Shown: one piece after another, positions 8,981 through 19,349 of the stretch
How the letters are laid out: each line of letters begins with the position of its first letter
Position numbering within the stretch: position 1 is the first letter of the stretch
Source: Actinomycetota bacterium
GTDB taxonomy: Bacteria; Actinomycetota; Humimicrobiia; Humimicrobiales; Humimicrobiaceae
Direction of reading: 5' to 3'
DNA length: 33,002 nt
NCBI GenBank assembly: GCA_028695395.1
Contig: JAQVJB010000004.1
Coordinates: 1 to 33,002, forward strand
Notes under the pieces: model-generated
The model's database searches: none
What the model saw: the letters and a program-made list of their open reading frames with translations, nothing else
Told to the model about the DNA's origin: nothing
Made by a program: the position numbers and the translations under genes

Positions 8981-10564
8981 TTATATATCTTTTTCATGCC
9001 TCATCAGGGGAAAAAGAATTACATCCCTTATAGACTGGCTTCCTGAAAGAATCATTGCAAATCTGTCGATTCCTATTCCTTCACCGCCTGTAGGAGGCAT
9101 TCCGTATTCAAGTGCCTTCAGGAAATCAATATCGATCTTTCCAGTGATTCTTTCTTCCTCATCTTTACTTTTTACCTGCATTTTAAATCTTTCAAACTGA
9201 TCTCTGGGGTCTATTAATTCTGAAAAAGCATTCGCTATTTCCTCTCCGCCTATAAACAGCTCAAATCTTTCAGTAAGTTCCGGATTATCCTGTTTTTTAC
9301 GGGCAAGGGGAGATATTTCAACTGGATAATCTTTTATAAAAGTAGGATTTATCAGCTTTGATTCAACAAGATTTTCAAAAAGCTCATTAATTATTTTTCC
9401 CTTACCGGCATTATCTTCAATATTTATGTTATTTTCTTTTGCAATATTTTTTAATTCATTTACACTTATTTTAAAATCAACATCTATTCCTGCATATTTC
9501 TTTAGAGAATCGATCATTGTTATTTTCTCCCACTTGCAATCAAAATCTATCTCGCTGCCCCTATAATCGAATTTTAATTCTCCGGTAGCTTTTAAAGCGA
9601 CAAATTTCAATAATTCTTCGGTAAGTTCCATTAACTCATTATAATCAGAGAAAGCCTGATAAAATTCAAGCATTGTAAACTCTGGATTATGCTTATATGA
9701 AATACCTTCATTCCTGAAATTCCTGTTTATCTCGAAAACTTTTTCAAAACCCCCTACTACTAGTCTTTTCAGATAAAGTTCCGGAGCGATTCTGAGATAA
9801 AGCTGCATATCCAATGCATTATGATGCGTTACAAATGGTTTTGCAGTCGCTCCCCCGGGAATAGGCTGAAGCATCGGAGTCTCTACTTCCAAAAAGCCCT
9901 TATTATTCAGAAATTCCCTAAATGCCTCTATCATTTTTATCCTTATAAGAAAAGCTTTTTTAACATCAGGATTGACAATAAAATCAAGGTATCTCTGTCT
10001 GTACCTGGTTTCCTTATCCTTAAGCCCATGCCATTTTTCAGGAAAAACTCTTAAGGATTTACTAAGAAGGATAAAATCTTTAACATTTATTGTCAGTTCA
10101 TTTGTATGAGTTTTAAATATTTTTCCTTCAACTCCAATGATGTCACCTATGTCCAGACTTAGAAATTCATTATACTTCTCTTCACCGACATTATTAATAT
10201 TAAGATATAATTGTATCTGTCCGCTGAAATCTTTTATCATGCTGAAAGTTGCTTTGCCATGTTTTCTGAAAATCATTATCCTTCCAGCAAGCAAGAATAC
10301 TTCTTCTATTTTCTGCTGATTATCTATATCTGAATATTTTTTCTTTAAAGTATCTGTATCAGTAGTGGGCTTAAAGTTTCTGGAATATACATCTTTGGAG
10401 TTCTCCCTTAAATTCTTTATTTTTTCAATTTTTACCTGCAGGGGCTCACTTAAGGGGTCTTCAAGCTCAAGGAGGTATTCTGCTTCGGAGTTCTCAATAT
10501 TTTCAATATTTAATTTAGGGTTTTCATAATCCGGAGCATTCTCATTTTTTATGTTTTCGGTCAT
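8981..10564 (-). CDS. lysS: Lysine--tRNA ligase, class II
   Basis: 527 aa. OB-fold anticodon-binding region, then class II motifs (FRNEGIS.., GGEGIGIDRFAMIL). About 60 extra acidic/Asn-rich residues at the N-terminus. Confidence 0.95.
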   Translation of the reverse strand: MTENIKNENAPDYENPKLNIENIENSEAEYLLELEDPLSEPLQVKIEKIKNLRENSKDVYSRNFKPTTDTDTLKKKYSDIDNQQKIEEVFLLAGRIMIFRKHGKATFSMIKDFSGQIQLYLNINNVGEEKYNEFLSLDIGDIIGVEGKIFKTHTNELTINVKDFILLSKSLRVFPEKWHGLKDKETRYRQRYLDFIVNPDVKKAFLIRIKMIEAFREFLNNKGFLEVETPMLQPIPGGATAKPFVTHHNALDMQLYLRIAPELYLKRLVVGGFEKVFEINRNFRNEGISYKHNPEFTMLEFYQAFSDYNELMELTEELLKFVALKATGELKFDYRGSEIDFDCKWEKITMIDSLKKYAGIDVDFKISVNELKNIAKENNINIEDNAGKGKIINELFENLVESKLINPTFIKDYPVEISPLARKKQDNPELTERFELFIGGEEIANAFSELIDPRDQFERFKMQVKSKDEEERITGKIDIDFLKALEYGMPPTGGEGIGIDRFAMILSGSQSIRDVILFPLMRHEKDI

Positions 10565-10612
10565 AGTAATATAATGTCCTATCTGCTTATTAAAATATTA
10601 TTATAAGGAGAA

Positions 10613-11080
10613 TTAAAAAATATCTATTATCTTTAATCTTAATATCTTACCGGGTATTTTTACTGAGATTTCATCTTTGATCTTTCTTCCAAGCAGCGCT
10701 TTACCAAGAGGCGATTCATCTGATATTTTCATATTTTCAGGTTCAGACTCAACAGAGCTGACAATTTCAAATTTTCTATTTTTGTTTTCATCCATATCTC
10801 TTACTACAACAAGCGAACCAATATCAATAGAGTCTTTATTGACTTTTTTATCAACAATCACATAATTCTGAAGAATATCATTTATCTGCTCTATTCTTCC
10901 TTCAACAAAAGCCTGTTCGTTTTTAACATATTCGTATTCCAGATTCTCAGCAAGGTCTCCGCCTGAATTCTTGGCTTCCTTTAATCTCTCAGCAATTTCT
11001 TTTCTTTTATTCTTTATTAGATAATCAAGATCGTTTAATAGTTTCTCATAACCTTCTTGAGTTATTCGATATTCTTTCAT
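10613..11080 (-). CDS. greA: Transcription elongation factor GreA
   Basis: 155 aa. Coiled-coil tip GDLAENLEY carries the conserved acidic residues. C-terminal globular domain SPLGKALLGRK. Confidence 0.93.
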   Translation of the reverse strand: MKEYRITQEGYEKLLNDLDYLIKNKRKEIAERLKEAKNSGGDLAENLEYEYVKNEQAFVEGRIEQINDILQNYVIVDKKVNKDSIDIGSLVVVRDMDENKNRKFEIVSSVESEPENMKISDESPLGKALLGRKIKDEISVKIPGKILRLKIIDIF

Positions 11081-11125
11081 TAGGATTGTCTCCTGAAAAA
11101 TTAAACATTAAAAATATGTGCACGT

Positions 11126-11154
11126 ATTATATTGCAATATAATGTAGTTGTCAA
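11126..11154 (-). promoter_or_regulatory. Consensus sigma-70-type promoter for greA
   Basis: The minus strand reads TTGACA (11154-11149), a 17-nt spacer, then TATAAT (11131-11126). This is a perfect -35/-10 consensus about 45 nt upstream of the greA ATG, followed by an AGGAG SD. Confidence 0.6.
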
Positions 11155-11241
11155 AGAAGAATTATTATTATTTATTATCATTAAGGAAATGCTCAAATAA
11201 TATGAAATTTATAATCCTGAAGCTGGATTTCAAAGTTAAAA

Positions 11242-12021
11242 TTAACCGAATCTTCCTGTTATGTAATCTTCAGTTCTTTTATCAGACGGATAAGTAAAAA
11301 TTTTTTTTGTATCTTCATATTCAATGAGCTTTGCTGCTTCTCCCTGCTTTTCCATTAAAAGAAAGGCTGTCTTTTGAGAAACTCTTGCAGCCTGCTGCAT
11401 ATTATGGGTTACTATTATTATCGTATAATTTTCTTTCAATTCGATTATAAGATCTTCAATTTTCTGGGTAGATATTGGATCAAGTGCCGAAGCAGGTTCA
11501 TCCATCAGAACTATATCGGAATCTACAGCAAGAACCCTGGCAATACATAATCTTTGCTGCTGACCTCCGGATAAGTCAAGGGCACTTTTATTAAGTTTAT
11601 GTTTGACTTCATCCCAAAGAGCTGCTTTTTTTAAACTGTCTTCAACAATCATATCAAGGTCTCTTTTTGAATATCTTTTATGAAGCCTTGGTCCATATGC
11701 GACATTGTCATAAATAGTCTTGGGAAACGGATTAGGTCTTTGAAATACCATTCCTACTTTTTTTCTCAGTTCTACTACATCGACTCCTGACTTATAAATA
11801 TCTTCTCCGTCTATTTCTACCCTGCCTTCTATCTTTGCATTGCCGAGAAGTTCGTTCATCCGGTTAAAAGTCCTGAGCAATGTTGATTTTCCACAACCTG
11901 AAGGACCGATAATGGAAGTTATGGTATTTTTTGTAATATTAAAGCTGATATCTGTCAGCACTTTCGTATCACCGTAAAAAAATCCGAAATCTTTAATTCT
12001 TATCTTTATATTATCTGACAT
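11242..12021 (-). CDS. pstB: Phosphate ABC transporter ATP-binding protein PstB (orphan copy)
   Basis: 259 aa. Walker [10 protein letters not shown], PstB-type signature [13 protein letters not shown], Walker B VLMDEP, C-terminal [10 protein letters not shown]. No pstS/C/A or phoU in the window. Confidence 0.9.
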   Translation of the reverse strand: MSDNIKIRIKDFGFFYGDTKVLTDISFNITKNTITSIIGPSGCGKSTLLRTFNRMNELLGNAKIEGRVEIDGEDIYKSGVDVVELRKKVGMVFQRPNPFPKTIYDNVAYGPRLHKRYSKRDLDMIVEDSLKKAALWDEVKHKLNKSALDLSGGQQQRLCIARVLAVDSDIVLMDEPASALDPISTQKIEDLIIELKENYTIIIVTHNMQQAARVSQKTAFLLMEKQGEAAKLIEYEDTKKIFTYPSDKRTEDYITGRFG

Positions 12022-12032
12022 TAAAGATAACC

Positions 12033-12494
12033 CTATCCCCCTAAACTTTTTTTATAAAATCTTAACTTTTCTTCTATTTCCGGATATTTAAGCGCAAGTA
12101 TCTGTGCCGCAAGTATGCCTGCATTTTTTGCACCGTTTATTGCAACTGTTGCAACAGGGACTCCACTTGGCATTTGGACTATTGACAAAAGAGAATCCAG
12201 TCCGCCAAGATCGTCAGTTTTTATCGGCACTCCGATTACAGGAAGCGTGGTATAAGCAGCTATTACTCCGGGGAGATGAGCAGCCTTGCCGGCACCGGCA
12301 ATTACCACTTCAAATTTATTCTCTATAAGTTTTTTTGCAAAATCAGATGTCTTATCCGGCATCCTGTGTGCAGAAGAAATAATTTTTTCATATCCGATGT
12401 TGAATTCAGCTAATATATTTTCAGCAGCATTCATTATTTTTTCATCAGATGTGCTGCCCATTAAAATAGCTACTAATTTTTTATTGCCAGCCAT
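12033..12494 (-). CDS. purE: 5-(carboxyamino)imidazole ribonucleotide mutase PurE
   Basis: 153 aa. [17 protein letters not shown] (the SAHR form is what I associate with class I PurE) and LPVIGVP motifs. Confidence 0.93.
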   Translation of the reverse strand: MAGNKKLVAILMGSTSDEKIMNAAENILAEFNIGYEKIISSAHRMPDKTSDFAKKLIENKFEVVIAGAGKAAHLPGVIAAYTTLPVIGVPIKTDDLGGLDSLLSIVQMPSGVPVATVAINGAKNAGILAAQILALKYPEIEEKLRFYKKSLGG

Positions 12495-12521
12495 TTGCTT
12501 TAACCTCCCGGGAAAATATTT

Positions 12522-13814
12522 TTAATTTTCTGCTACTTTCTTTGCAATATCGCTTCTGAATTGCATGCCATCAAAATTTATACTTTTAATTTTGCTGTAG
12601 ATTTTATTTATTGCTCCATTGAAAGTTTTATCTTTGCTTACGATATTTAGCACCCTGCCGCCATTAGTGACTATATTACCGTCTTGGATGCTTGTACCTG
12701 CATGAAAAATAAAAATGTCATTTTCATTCGAATGTTCTTTAACTCCGTATATGATATCTCCTTTTGAAGATGTTTCAGGATAACCTTTGGAAGCGATTAC
12801 TACGCATACGCATTTCTGTGCACTCCATATTAATTCAGTACTATCAAGATTTCCGTTACTTGCATTCATTAATATGTCAAGCAGGTCGCTATTAAGTCTT
12901 GGCAGCACTACCTGGGTTTCCGGATCTCCGAACCTGCAATTATATTCTAAAAGATAAGGTTCATTATCCTTTACGATTATTCCACCGTATAATATACCCT
13001 TATAATTTATCCCTTCCTTTTTCAACGATTCAAAAGTAGGAAATATTATCCTATCAAGTATCTTTTTTTGTAAATTAGAATCTACAAAAGGTAAGGGGCT
13101 GAAGCTCCCCATGCCACCTGTATTTCTGCCTTTGTCGGAATCAAAAATCCTTTTATAATCCTGAGCAGTCTGCATGGGTATGATCCTTTTCCCATCACAA
13201 ATACACATGATGGAAACTTCAAACCCTTCAATAAACTCTTCTATTATTATTTCTTCTCCCGCTCTACCGAAGATATCTTTAATAAAAAAATCATTTAGTG
13301 CTCCAAGCATTTCAAGCCTATCTTTACAGATAAGAACTCCTTTTCCTGCTGCAAGTCCGTCAGCTTTTATTACCCACGGATAGGTACTTGAATCAAGGCT
13401 CTCAATAAAATCTTTCGCTTTCTTATATTCATTTTTTTTAAAGAAATATGCTTCTGCTCCCGGAATATTATTTTTTATTGCAAATTTTTTTGTAAAAACC
13501 TTACTTCCTTCGATTCTGGCAGCAGACTTTGAAGGTCCGAATGCCGCATGGCCATTATCCTCAAGATAATCGACAATACCGTCTACAAGAGGAGCTTCGG
13601 GACCAATAATTGTAAAATCCACTTTATTATTTTTTATAAATTTAAGAATAGATTTGAAATTTTCCTTTTTTATCGGCATATCGAAACATTCTGAAATCTG
13701 CTGCATGCCTGCATTCCCGGGAATAGCAAAAATTTTATTTACTTTTTTATTTTGCGATATTTTCCATGCTATGCAGTGTTCTCTGCCACCGCTTCCCAAT
13801 ATAAGAATTTTCAT
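12522..13814 (-). CDS. purD: Phosphoribosylamine--glycine ligase
   Basis: 430 aa. MKILILGSGGREH N-terminus, ATP-grasp core, full PurD length. Confidence 0.95.
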   Translation of the reverse strand: MKILILGSGGREHCIAWKISQNKKVNKIFAIPGNAGMQQISECFDMPIKKENFKSILKFIKNNKVDFTIIGPEAPLVDGIVDYLEDNGHAAFGPSKSAARIEGSKVFTKKFAIKNNIPGAEAYFFKKNEYKKAKDFIESLDSSTYPWVIKADGLAAGKGVLICKDRLEMLGALNDFFIKDIFGRAGEEIIIEEFIEGFEVSIMCICDGKRIIPMQTAQDYKRIFDSDKGRNTGGMGSFSPLPFVDSNLQKKILDRIIFPTFESLKKEGINYKGILYGGIIVKDNEPYLLEYNCRFGDPETQVVLPRLNSDLLDILMNASNGNLDSTELIWSAQKCVCVVIASKGYPETSSKGDIIYGVKEHSNENDIFIFHAGTSIQDGNIVTNGGRVLNIVSKDKTFNGAINKIYSKIKSINFDGMQFRSDIAKKVAEN

Positions 13815-13824
13815 TAAATCCTCT

Positions 13825-15129
13825 TTATCTTATTTTTAAAAAACTCTTCAGCCAGTTATCCTTGATAATGATCTGGTTCCTGTCCGGACCTACACTTATC
13901 ATGGATGCAGGAATATTCAAAAGTTCTTCCAGGATTTCAATATATTTTTTTGCATTATGGGGAAGCTTGTCAAACTCCTTTATATCGGAAATATCTTCTT
14001 CCCAGCCATCAGTTTCAATATAGACAGGTTTACTTTTCTGTAATGTCTCACAGTTAGGGCTTAAATTATCATATATGCTTCCATTAATATCATAACTGGT
14101 ACATATCTTTATTTTTTTTATGCCAGTAAGAACATCCAGCTTTGTTATTGCAAGACTGTCAAGATTATTTATCATTTTTGCATATCTTATTATCACACAG
14201 TCAAACCATCCGCATCTTCTTGCTCTTCCAGTTGTAGTTCCGTATTCGTTTCCCCTGTTTCGCATATAATCGCCATCGCTATCAAAAAGTTCCGTAGGAA
14301 ATACTCCTTCTCCCACTCTGGTACAATAGGATTTTGTAATACCGATGACATTATCTACCTTTTTCGGTCCGATTCCTGAACCAGAAAAAACTCCTCCAGA
14401 GATAGTTGAAGAGGAGGTTACATACGGATAAGTGCCATGATCTATATCAAGTAAAGTCCCCTGTGCGCCTTCAAATAAAATACTTTTTCCCTTATCAAGA
14501 GCCTCGTTAACAAGAAACGCTGTATCAACGACATATTTTTTTAATATTTGAGCATATTGCATATAGCTGGTAAAAATATCTTCAACTTCAAAAGTATCTG
14601 AAGAATATATTTTATCGAGGATGGCATTTTTTATTTTAAGAATATTTATTAGTTTTTGTTTAAATGCTTCTGGATTAAAAAGGTCGCAAACCCTTATCCC
14701 GAACCTGCTTGCTTTGTCAGAATATGCCGGACCTATTCCTTTTCTGGTAGTCCCTATCTTTAAAGTACCTAAACTGTTTTCAGTTACACTGTCAAGTGCG
14801 ATATGATAAGGCATGATTAAATGGCAATTTGTACTTATTCTCAAATTATCAGTACTTATTCCTTTACTTTCAAGATCCTTTAATTCATTTATAAGTGTCA
14901 TTGGATTAACAACAACACCATTGCCTATTACGCATATAACATTAGGGTTAAGGATTCCTGAAGGAACAAGGTGCAGCTTGAACTCATTTTTATCAAAAAT
15001 AACCGTATGGCCGGCATTGTCACCACCCTGAAATCTTACAACCATTTCTACCTTATTTGATAAAAGGTCAGTTATTCTGCCTTTCCCTTCATCACCCCAC
15101 TGTGCACCTATTAAAACAATATTAGACAT
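13825..15129 (-). CDS. purA: Adenylosuccinate synthetase
   Basis: 434 aa. GAQWGDEGKGRITD P-loop, GTTRKGIGPAY, GTTTGRARRCGWFD motifs. Confidence 0.96.
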   Translation of the reverse strand: MSNIVLIGAQWGDEGKGRITDLLSNKVEMVVRFQGGDNAGHTVIFDKNEFKLHLVPSGILNPNVICVIGNGVVVNPMTLINELKDLESKGISTDNLRISTNCHLIMPYHIALDSVTENSLGTLKIGTTRKGIGPAYSDKASRFGIRVCDLFNPEAFKQKLINILKIKNAILDKIYSSDTFEVEDIFTSYMQYAQILKKYVVDTAFLVNEALDKGKSILFEGAQGTLLDIDHGTYPYVTSSSTISGGVFSGSGIGPKKVDNVIGITKSYCTRVGEGVFPTELFDSDGDYMRNRGNEYGTTTGRARRCGWFDCVIIRYAKMINNLDSLAITKLDVLTGIKKIKICTSYDINGSIYDNLSPNCETLQKSKPVYIETDGWEEDISDIKEFDKLPHNAKKYIEILEELLNIPASMISVGPDRNQIIIKDNWLKSFLKIR

Positions 15130-15197
15130 TTTGAAATACCTCTTGTCTTGAATCAGTAATTATTTACTAATATATTATAAAAACAATCTAGATAAAA

Positions 15198-16595
15198 TTA
15201 TGCGCTGTTTTCCTCAGCATGAACTTTATCAAGATTTGAAAAAAGTGCATATTCTTTTGAGAACCTTAAGTTTATCCTGCCAGTCGGACCATTTCTATGT
15301 TTTGCTATGATTACTTCTGCAGTTCCAGCTTCTTTGCTGTTTTCATCATAATATTCATCTCTGTATATAAACATTACAATGTCAGCATCCTGCTCTATTG
15401 CACCTGATTCTCTCAGATCTGCCAGAACCGGTCTTTTATTATCCCTTCTTTCAACTTCACGTGATAGCTGTGAAACTGCAAGGATAGGTATCTTGAGCTC
15501 TCTTGCAAGACTTTTAAGATTCCTAGATATCTCTGAAATCTCAAGAACCCTGTTTTCTCTGTAATTCAGGCCTGAATTCATGAGCTGGAGGTAGTCAACT
15601 ATTATGAGTTTTGCCCCATATTTACTCACAAGCATCCTTGCCCTTGATCTAAGATCCATTATGGATAAGAAAGCTGTGTCGTCTATATATATATTTGTCT
15701 TGGAAAGTTTTTCAATCGCAAAACCAAGTTTGGGCCATTCATGTTCTCTAATATCGCCGGATCTTATTCTCTGGAGATCTATTCTTGCTTCTGAGCAAAG
15801 CAATCTTTGTGCTATCTGCTGCTTGGACATCTCCAGTGAGAATATGACTACAGGGGCGTCCCCTTCAAGGCTGGCATTCCTTGAAATGCATAAGGCAAGC
15901 GAAGTCTTACCCATTCCCGGTCTTGCAGCTACAATAACCAAATCTGAATTTTGAAGTCCTGAAGTAATCTTATCAAGGGCTACAAATCCTGTCGAAACTC
16001 CAGTAACGGAACCTTTACTCTCTGATAAAATAACTGTCTTGTCATATACTTCTGTTAGAACTTCTTTTATATCGGATATAAGATTATTTTTTGAATTATA
16101 GTTTAAATCCTGAGAAACTGAAAAAATCAGCTGCTGAGCTTTATCAACTGTAGAAGAAAGGTCTTCAGGTATCTCGTAACCCATCTTTGCAATATCTGTT
16201 GCAGCATAGATAAGTTTTCTCAATATTGAATTGTGTTTTACTATTTCGGCATAATATGCGGCATTGGATGCAAGAGGGATATTTGAGATAAGAGAGTGAA
16301 TAAAAGTCCTGCCTCCTACTTCCTCAAGTAAGTTCTTTTTTTTTAAATAATCAGCAAGGGTTATAGGATCTACAGGTTCTCCTTTGGCATAAAGCTCTTT
16401 TATCCCCTTGAATATTTCCGTATTAGAAGTCCGGTAAAAATCATCCTCTTTTACAATCTCGATAACTTCGCTTATAGCTTCTTTTAAAATAAGCATGGAG
16501 CCGATTAAAGATTCTTCCGCTTCCAGATTATAAGGAGGGATTCTTTCAAGTTTACCTGTGTTTAATGTCTCTTTAAGAGAATTTACCTTCTTCAT
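15198..16595 (-). CDS. dnaB: Replicative DNA helicase DnaB
   Basis: 465 aa. N-terminal PPYNLEAEESLIGSML, Walker A ARPGMGKTS, RecA-like C-terminal domain. No intein. Confidence 0.95.
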   Translation of the reverse strand: MKKVNSLKETLNTGKLERIPPYNLEAEESLIGSMLILKEAISEVIEIVKEDDFYRTSNTEIFKGIKELYAKGEPVDPITLADYLKKKNLLEEVGGRTFIHSLISNIPLASNAAYYAEIVKHNSILRKLIYAATDIAKMGYEIPEDLSSTVDKAQQLIFSVSQDLNYNSKNNLISDIKEVLTEVYDKTVILSESKGSVTGVSTGFVALDKITSGLQNSDLVIVAARPGMGKTSLALCISRNASLEGDAPVVIFSLEMSKQQIAQRLLCSEARIDLQRIRSGDIREHEWPKLGFAIEKLSKTNIYIDDTAFLSIMDLRSRARMLVSKYGAKLIIVDYLQLMNSGLNYRENRVLEISEISRNLKSLARELKIPILAVSQLSREVERRDNKRPVLADLRESGAIEQDADIVMFIYRDEYYDENSKEAGTAEVIIAKHRNGPTGRINLRFSKEYALFSNLDKVHAEENSA

Positions 16596-16642
16596 TACCC
16601 TTTATTCTATAACAAAAATATTTAAAAAAAATCATGATAATC

Positions 16643-17146
16643 TTATTCTTCAGTGCTTTCGGATTCAGTTGTCCCGGATTCTTCTGCATCAGCCTGCTTT
16701 TTATCTGCTTCTATTGAAATGGTAACATTACACTTGATATCTTTATAAAGTTTTATTTCGATTTCATAAGTACCCGTTTCTTTTAAAGAATCTTCCAGCT
16801 CGATTTTCTTTCTGTCTATTTCTATCTTTTTAAAAGATAGAATTTTTTCTGCAATATCCTTATTGGTAATTGAACCATATAATTTGCCTTCTGGACTTGA
16901 CTTAACCTTAAATATAAGTTTTGTTCCTTCAAGTTCTGCGGCAATATCAGAGGCTTCTTTCATATTCTTTGCCTCCATTTTTATTTTTGACTTCTTCAAT
17001 ATTTCTGATTGTTTAATATTTCCAGGAGTTGCAAAAATTGCCATGCCGTTAGGTATAAGGTAATTTTTTGCATAACCATCTTTTACATTTACGATATCGC
17101 CGAAACTACCGATTTTATCTACATCTTTTGTTAGAATAATTTTCAA
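16643..17146 (-). CDS. rplI: 50S ribosomal protein L9
   Basis: 167 aa, MKIILTKDV..GYAKNYLIPNG. TTG start preceded by AGGAGGA at 17151-17157. About 20 aa acidic C-terminal tail beyond typical L9. Confidence 0.93.
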   Translation of the reverse strand: MKIILTKDVDKIGSFGDIVNVKDGYAKNYLIPNGMAIFATPGNIKQSEILKKSKIKMEAKNMKEASDIAAELEGTKLIFKVKSSPEGKLYGSITNKDIAEKILSFKKIEIDRKKIELEDSLKETGTYEIEIKLYKDIKCNVTISIEADKKQADAEESGTTESESTEE

Positions 17147-17194
17147 CTTTTCCTCCTAATTATAATGAACAGATTTACATCTTGCTGAATATAT

Positions 17195-18190
17195 TTAGCG
17201 TCTTTCCAGTTTCCTGAAATTAATCCATATATCCAATATCCCGATAATAGGGATTATTATTAGTAATATTATAAAAAAACTGATAGCAATTATTATTAAA
17301 ATACGCCATACATATGCTATCTTAAAATTATCAAAAATTCCCCATAATACCGCAAAACCTATTACGGTATACAGCAGACCAAAAACTATCAACAGATTTA
17401 TCCCTACCGCATCAAATGCGAAGTCAAATCTAGCATCAAAATTTGGTATTACTACTAAAATCAGCCCTGCAATAAATCCAAAAATAAAATGCCATGGAAT
17501 ATCCCATGTCTTAAAGAGGGGAATCCCTCTGAGCACTATGCCATTTTTCCTGAATATTATCATGCTCCAGTAATAACTTATAAAAGTACTTAGAAACACG
17601 TAAAAAATAACGACGCTAGGCATAAGATACGGAAGCATATTAAGAAATCCCTTTGCTTGTGAAAGAGTAGCCTGCATCTGCTCCTGAGTAATAGCCATCG
17701 TTTTCATATAGTTCTGAACAATCGGATCTTCAGGCAGATTTATTATCACTTCCTTATAACTGTTAAGAAAATTCTGGATAAAACCGGAATCCTGGAATAT
17801 GGAAATGAAAGAAATATATATCACAAGAAGCACGATGAAAACAATACTCGAAAAAGCAATATTTGCAAATGGGCCTTTATTATTTGAAAAACAATACCTG
17901 TATATAAAAGAAACAGAGATAAGAAGTGCCATAAATAAAAATGGAATTTTCAAATCAAAAAAAAAGAGTACCAAGCTGCCTGTAATTGAACAGATAATGC
18001 TCTCCCATATCCTTCCCTCAAGAATCAGCCTGACAGAAGGTATACCTATAAGCGCCAATCCTATTATGCCTATAAAAGGAATAAATATACTTATAGCCAG
18101 GACAAGAAATGCCATAACTGAAAATACAAGCATTTTAAAAAAATTGCTTTTTGGCTGATTGTAATTATTAATATTTTCAAAGGGCGACAT
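17195..18190 (-). CDS. Polytopic membrane protein, YybS/DUF2232-like
   Basis: 331 aa, about 8 hydrophobic segments. Occupies the slot between rpsR and rplI that holds yybS in Bacillus-type genomes. The call rests on topology and synteny only. Confidence 0.65.
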   Translation of the reverse strand: MSPFENINNYNQPKSNFFKMLVFSVMAFLVLAISIFIPFIGIIGLALIGIPSVRLILEGRIWESIICSITGSLVLFFFDLKIPFLFMALLISVSFIYRYCFSNNKGPFANIAFSSIVFIVLLVIYISFISIFQDSGFIQNFLNSYKEVIINLPEDPIVQNYMKTMAITQEQMQATLSQAKGFLNMLPYLMPSVVIFYVFLSTFISYYWSMIIFRKNGIVLRGIPLFKTWDIPWHFIFGFIAGLILVVIPNFDARFDFAFDAVGINLLIVFGLLYTVIGFAVLWGIFDNFKIAYVWRILIIIAISFFIILLIIIPIIGILDIWINFRKLERR

Positions 18191-18201
18191 TAATATACCT
18201 T

Positions 18202-18477
18202 TTATCTTGTGAAATAAGGCATAAGGGCGATTTCTCTAGCCCTTTTAATTGCTTTTGCAATCATACTTTGGTGCTGTGCACAATTACCTGTTGATCTTTT
18301 TGGTCTTATCTTACCTTTATCTGAAACAAATTTTCTTAGCATTGACACTTCTTTATAATCGATACTGTCAATATTTTCCTTACAAAAATAACAATATCTC
18401 TTTCTTTGTTTTAAATTTAGAAGATTCTGCTTTGAATCCCTTAAATTTCTTTCTTCTCTTCCTTTTTTTCTAGCCAA
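18202..18477 (-). CDS. rpsR: 30S ribosomal protein S18
   Basis: 91 aa. CYFC.., IDYKEVSMLRKFVSDKGKIRPKRSTG.., AKAIKRAREIALMPY. Basic N-terminal extension. Confidence 0.93.
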   Translation of the reverse strand: MARKKGREERNLRDSKQNLLNLKQRKRYCYFCKENIDSIDYKEVSMLRKFVSDKGKIRPKRSTGNCAQHQSMIAKAIKRAREIALMPYFTR

Positions 18478-18524
18478 TTTTAAGCTCTCTCCTTTTCAAA
18501 TTAAATTTCTCAATCTTTTTAAAA

Positions 18525-18977
18525 TTAAAATGGAATATCCTCACTTGTAAAATCAATGTCATCATCGCTGCTGTCTGGCTTTGTTTTCTGATATTCCCCG
18601 GAATAATCCCCTTTTGGATTTTTCTTTATCTCGCAAGAAGCAAACTCCAGGCTGGGCGCAACAATATTTGCAGTCACTTCCAGGGTTACTCTCTGTTCCC
18701 CTTCTTTTTCATATGCGCTTGAAGTCAGCTTGCGTCCAACTACTACTACTCTGTCACCTTTCCTTAGGCTCTCTGCGCAGTTTTCTGCCAGTTTGTACCA
18801 GGTTATTATTCTATAAAAATCGGTATTCTCAACCCACTCCATTGTTTTTTTATCCTGATAATTCCTGTTGACTGCAATATAAAAAGTTGCAACAGCACTA
18901 CCTGATGGAGTAAACCTGAGATCTGGATCTCTTGTTAGATTACCGCTAAGCAGCATAAAAAATGGATTTAAAGACAT
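18525..18977 (-). CDS. ssb: Single-stranded DNA-binding protein
   Basis: 150 aa. OB fold with GNLTRDPDLRFTPSG and a C-terminal acidic tip ending DIPF. The true start may be the internal Met 8. Confidence 0.92.
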   Translation of the reverse strand: MSLNPFFMLLSGNLTRDPDLRFTPSGSAVATFYIAVNRNYQDKKTMEWVENTDFYRIITWYKLAENCAESLRKGDRVVVVGRKLTSSAYEKEGEQRVTLEVTANIVAPSLEFASCEIKKNPKGDYSGEYQKTKPDSSDDDIDFTSEDIPF

Positions 18978-19013
18978 AGTTTCACCTTTTCAAATTTATA
19001 TATTGGAATAATT

Positions 19014-19313
19014 CTATTCTTTCAAATCGTTTTCTTTTTTGACAATCAGGTGTCTTAAGACCTTATCGTTGATCTTATTCACCCTATCAATTTCATTGAT
19101 GACTTCTTCTTCAGCGGAAAAATTAATGATGTAATAGTATCCGTTTTCCTGATGCTTGATAGGATAAGCAAGTTTTCTTGTCCCCCATTTCACTGAATCA
19201 GAAACTGTTCCCTTGCCTTTTTCAATAATTGAAGTGATTTTATGGTATTCTTTTTCGATTGCTTCATCATCAAGACTGGCATCAAAAATTACCATGATTT
19301 CATAATCTCTCAA
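19014..19313 (-). CDS. rpsF: 30S ribosomal protein S6
   Basis: 99 aa, (M)RDYEIMVIF.. WGTRKLAYPI. TTG start at 19313-19311 with GGAGG at 19325-19321, 6 nt upstream. Confidence 0.93.
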   Translation of the reverse strand: MRDYEIMVIFDASLDDEAIEKEYHKITSIIEKGKGTVSDSVKWGTRKLAYPIKHQENGYYYIINFSAEEEVINEIDRVNKINDKVLRHLIVKKENDLKE

Positions 19314-19349
19314 ACTTATACCTCCTATGGACTAATAATTATTTATTAG

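Noticed and set aside
15130-15197. Possible purine riboswitch upstream of purA, and a possible T-box upstream of lysS at 10565-10612
   Set aside because: The gaps are only 68 nt and 48 nt and almost entirely AT, too short and unstructured for either element.
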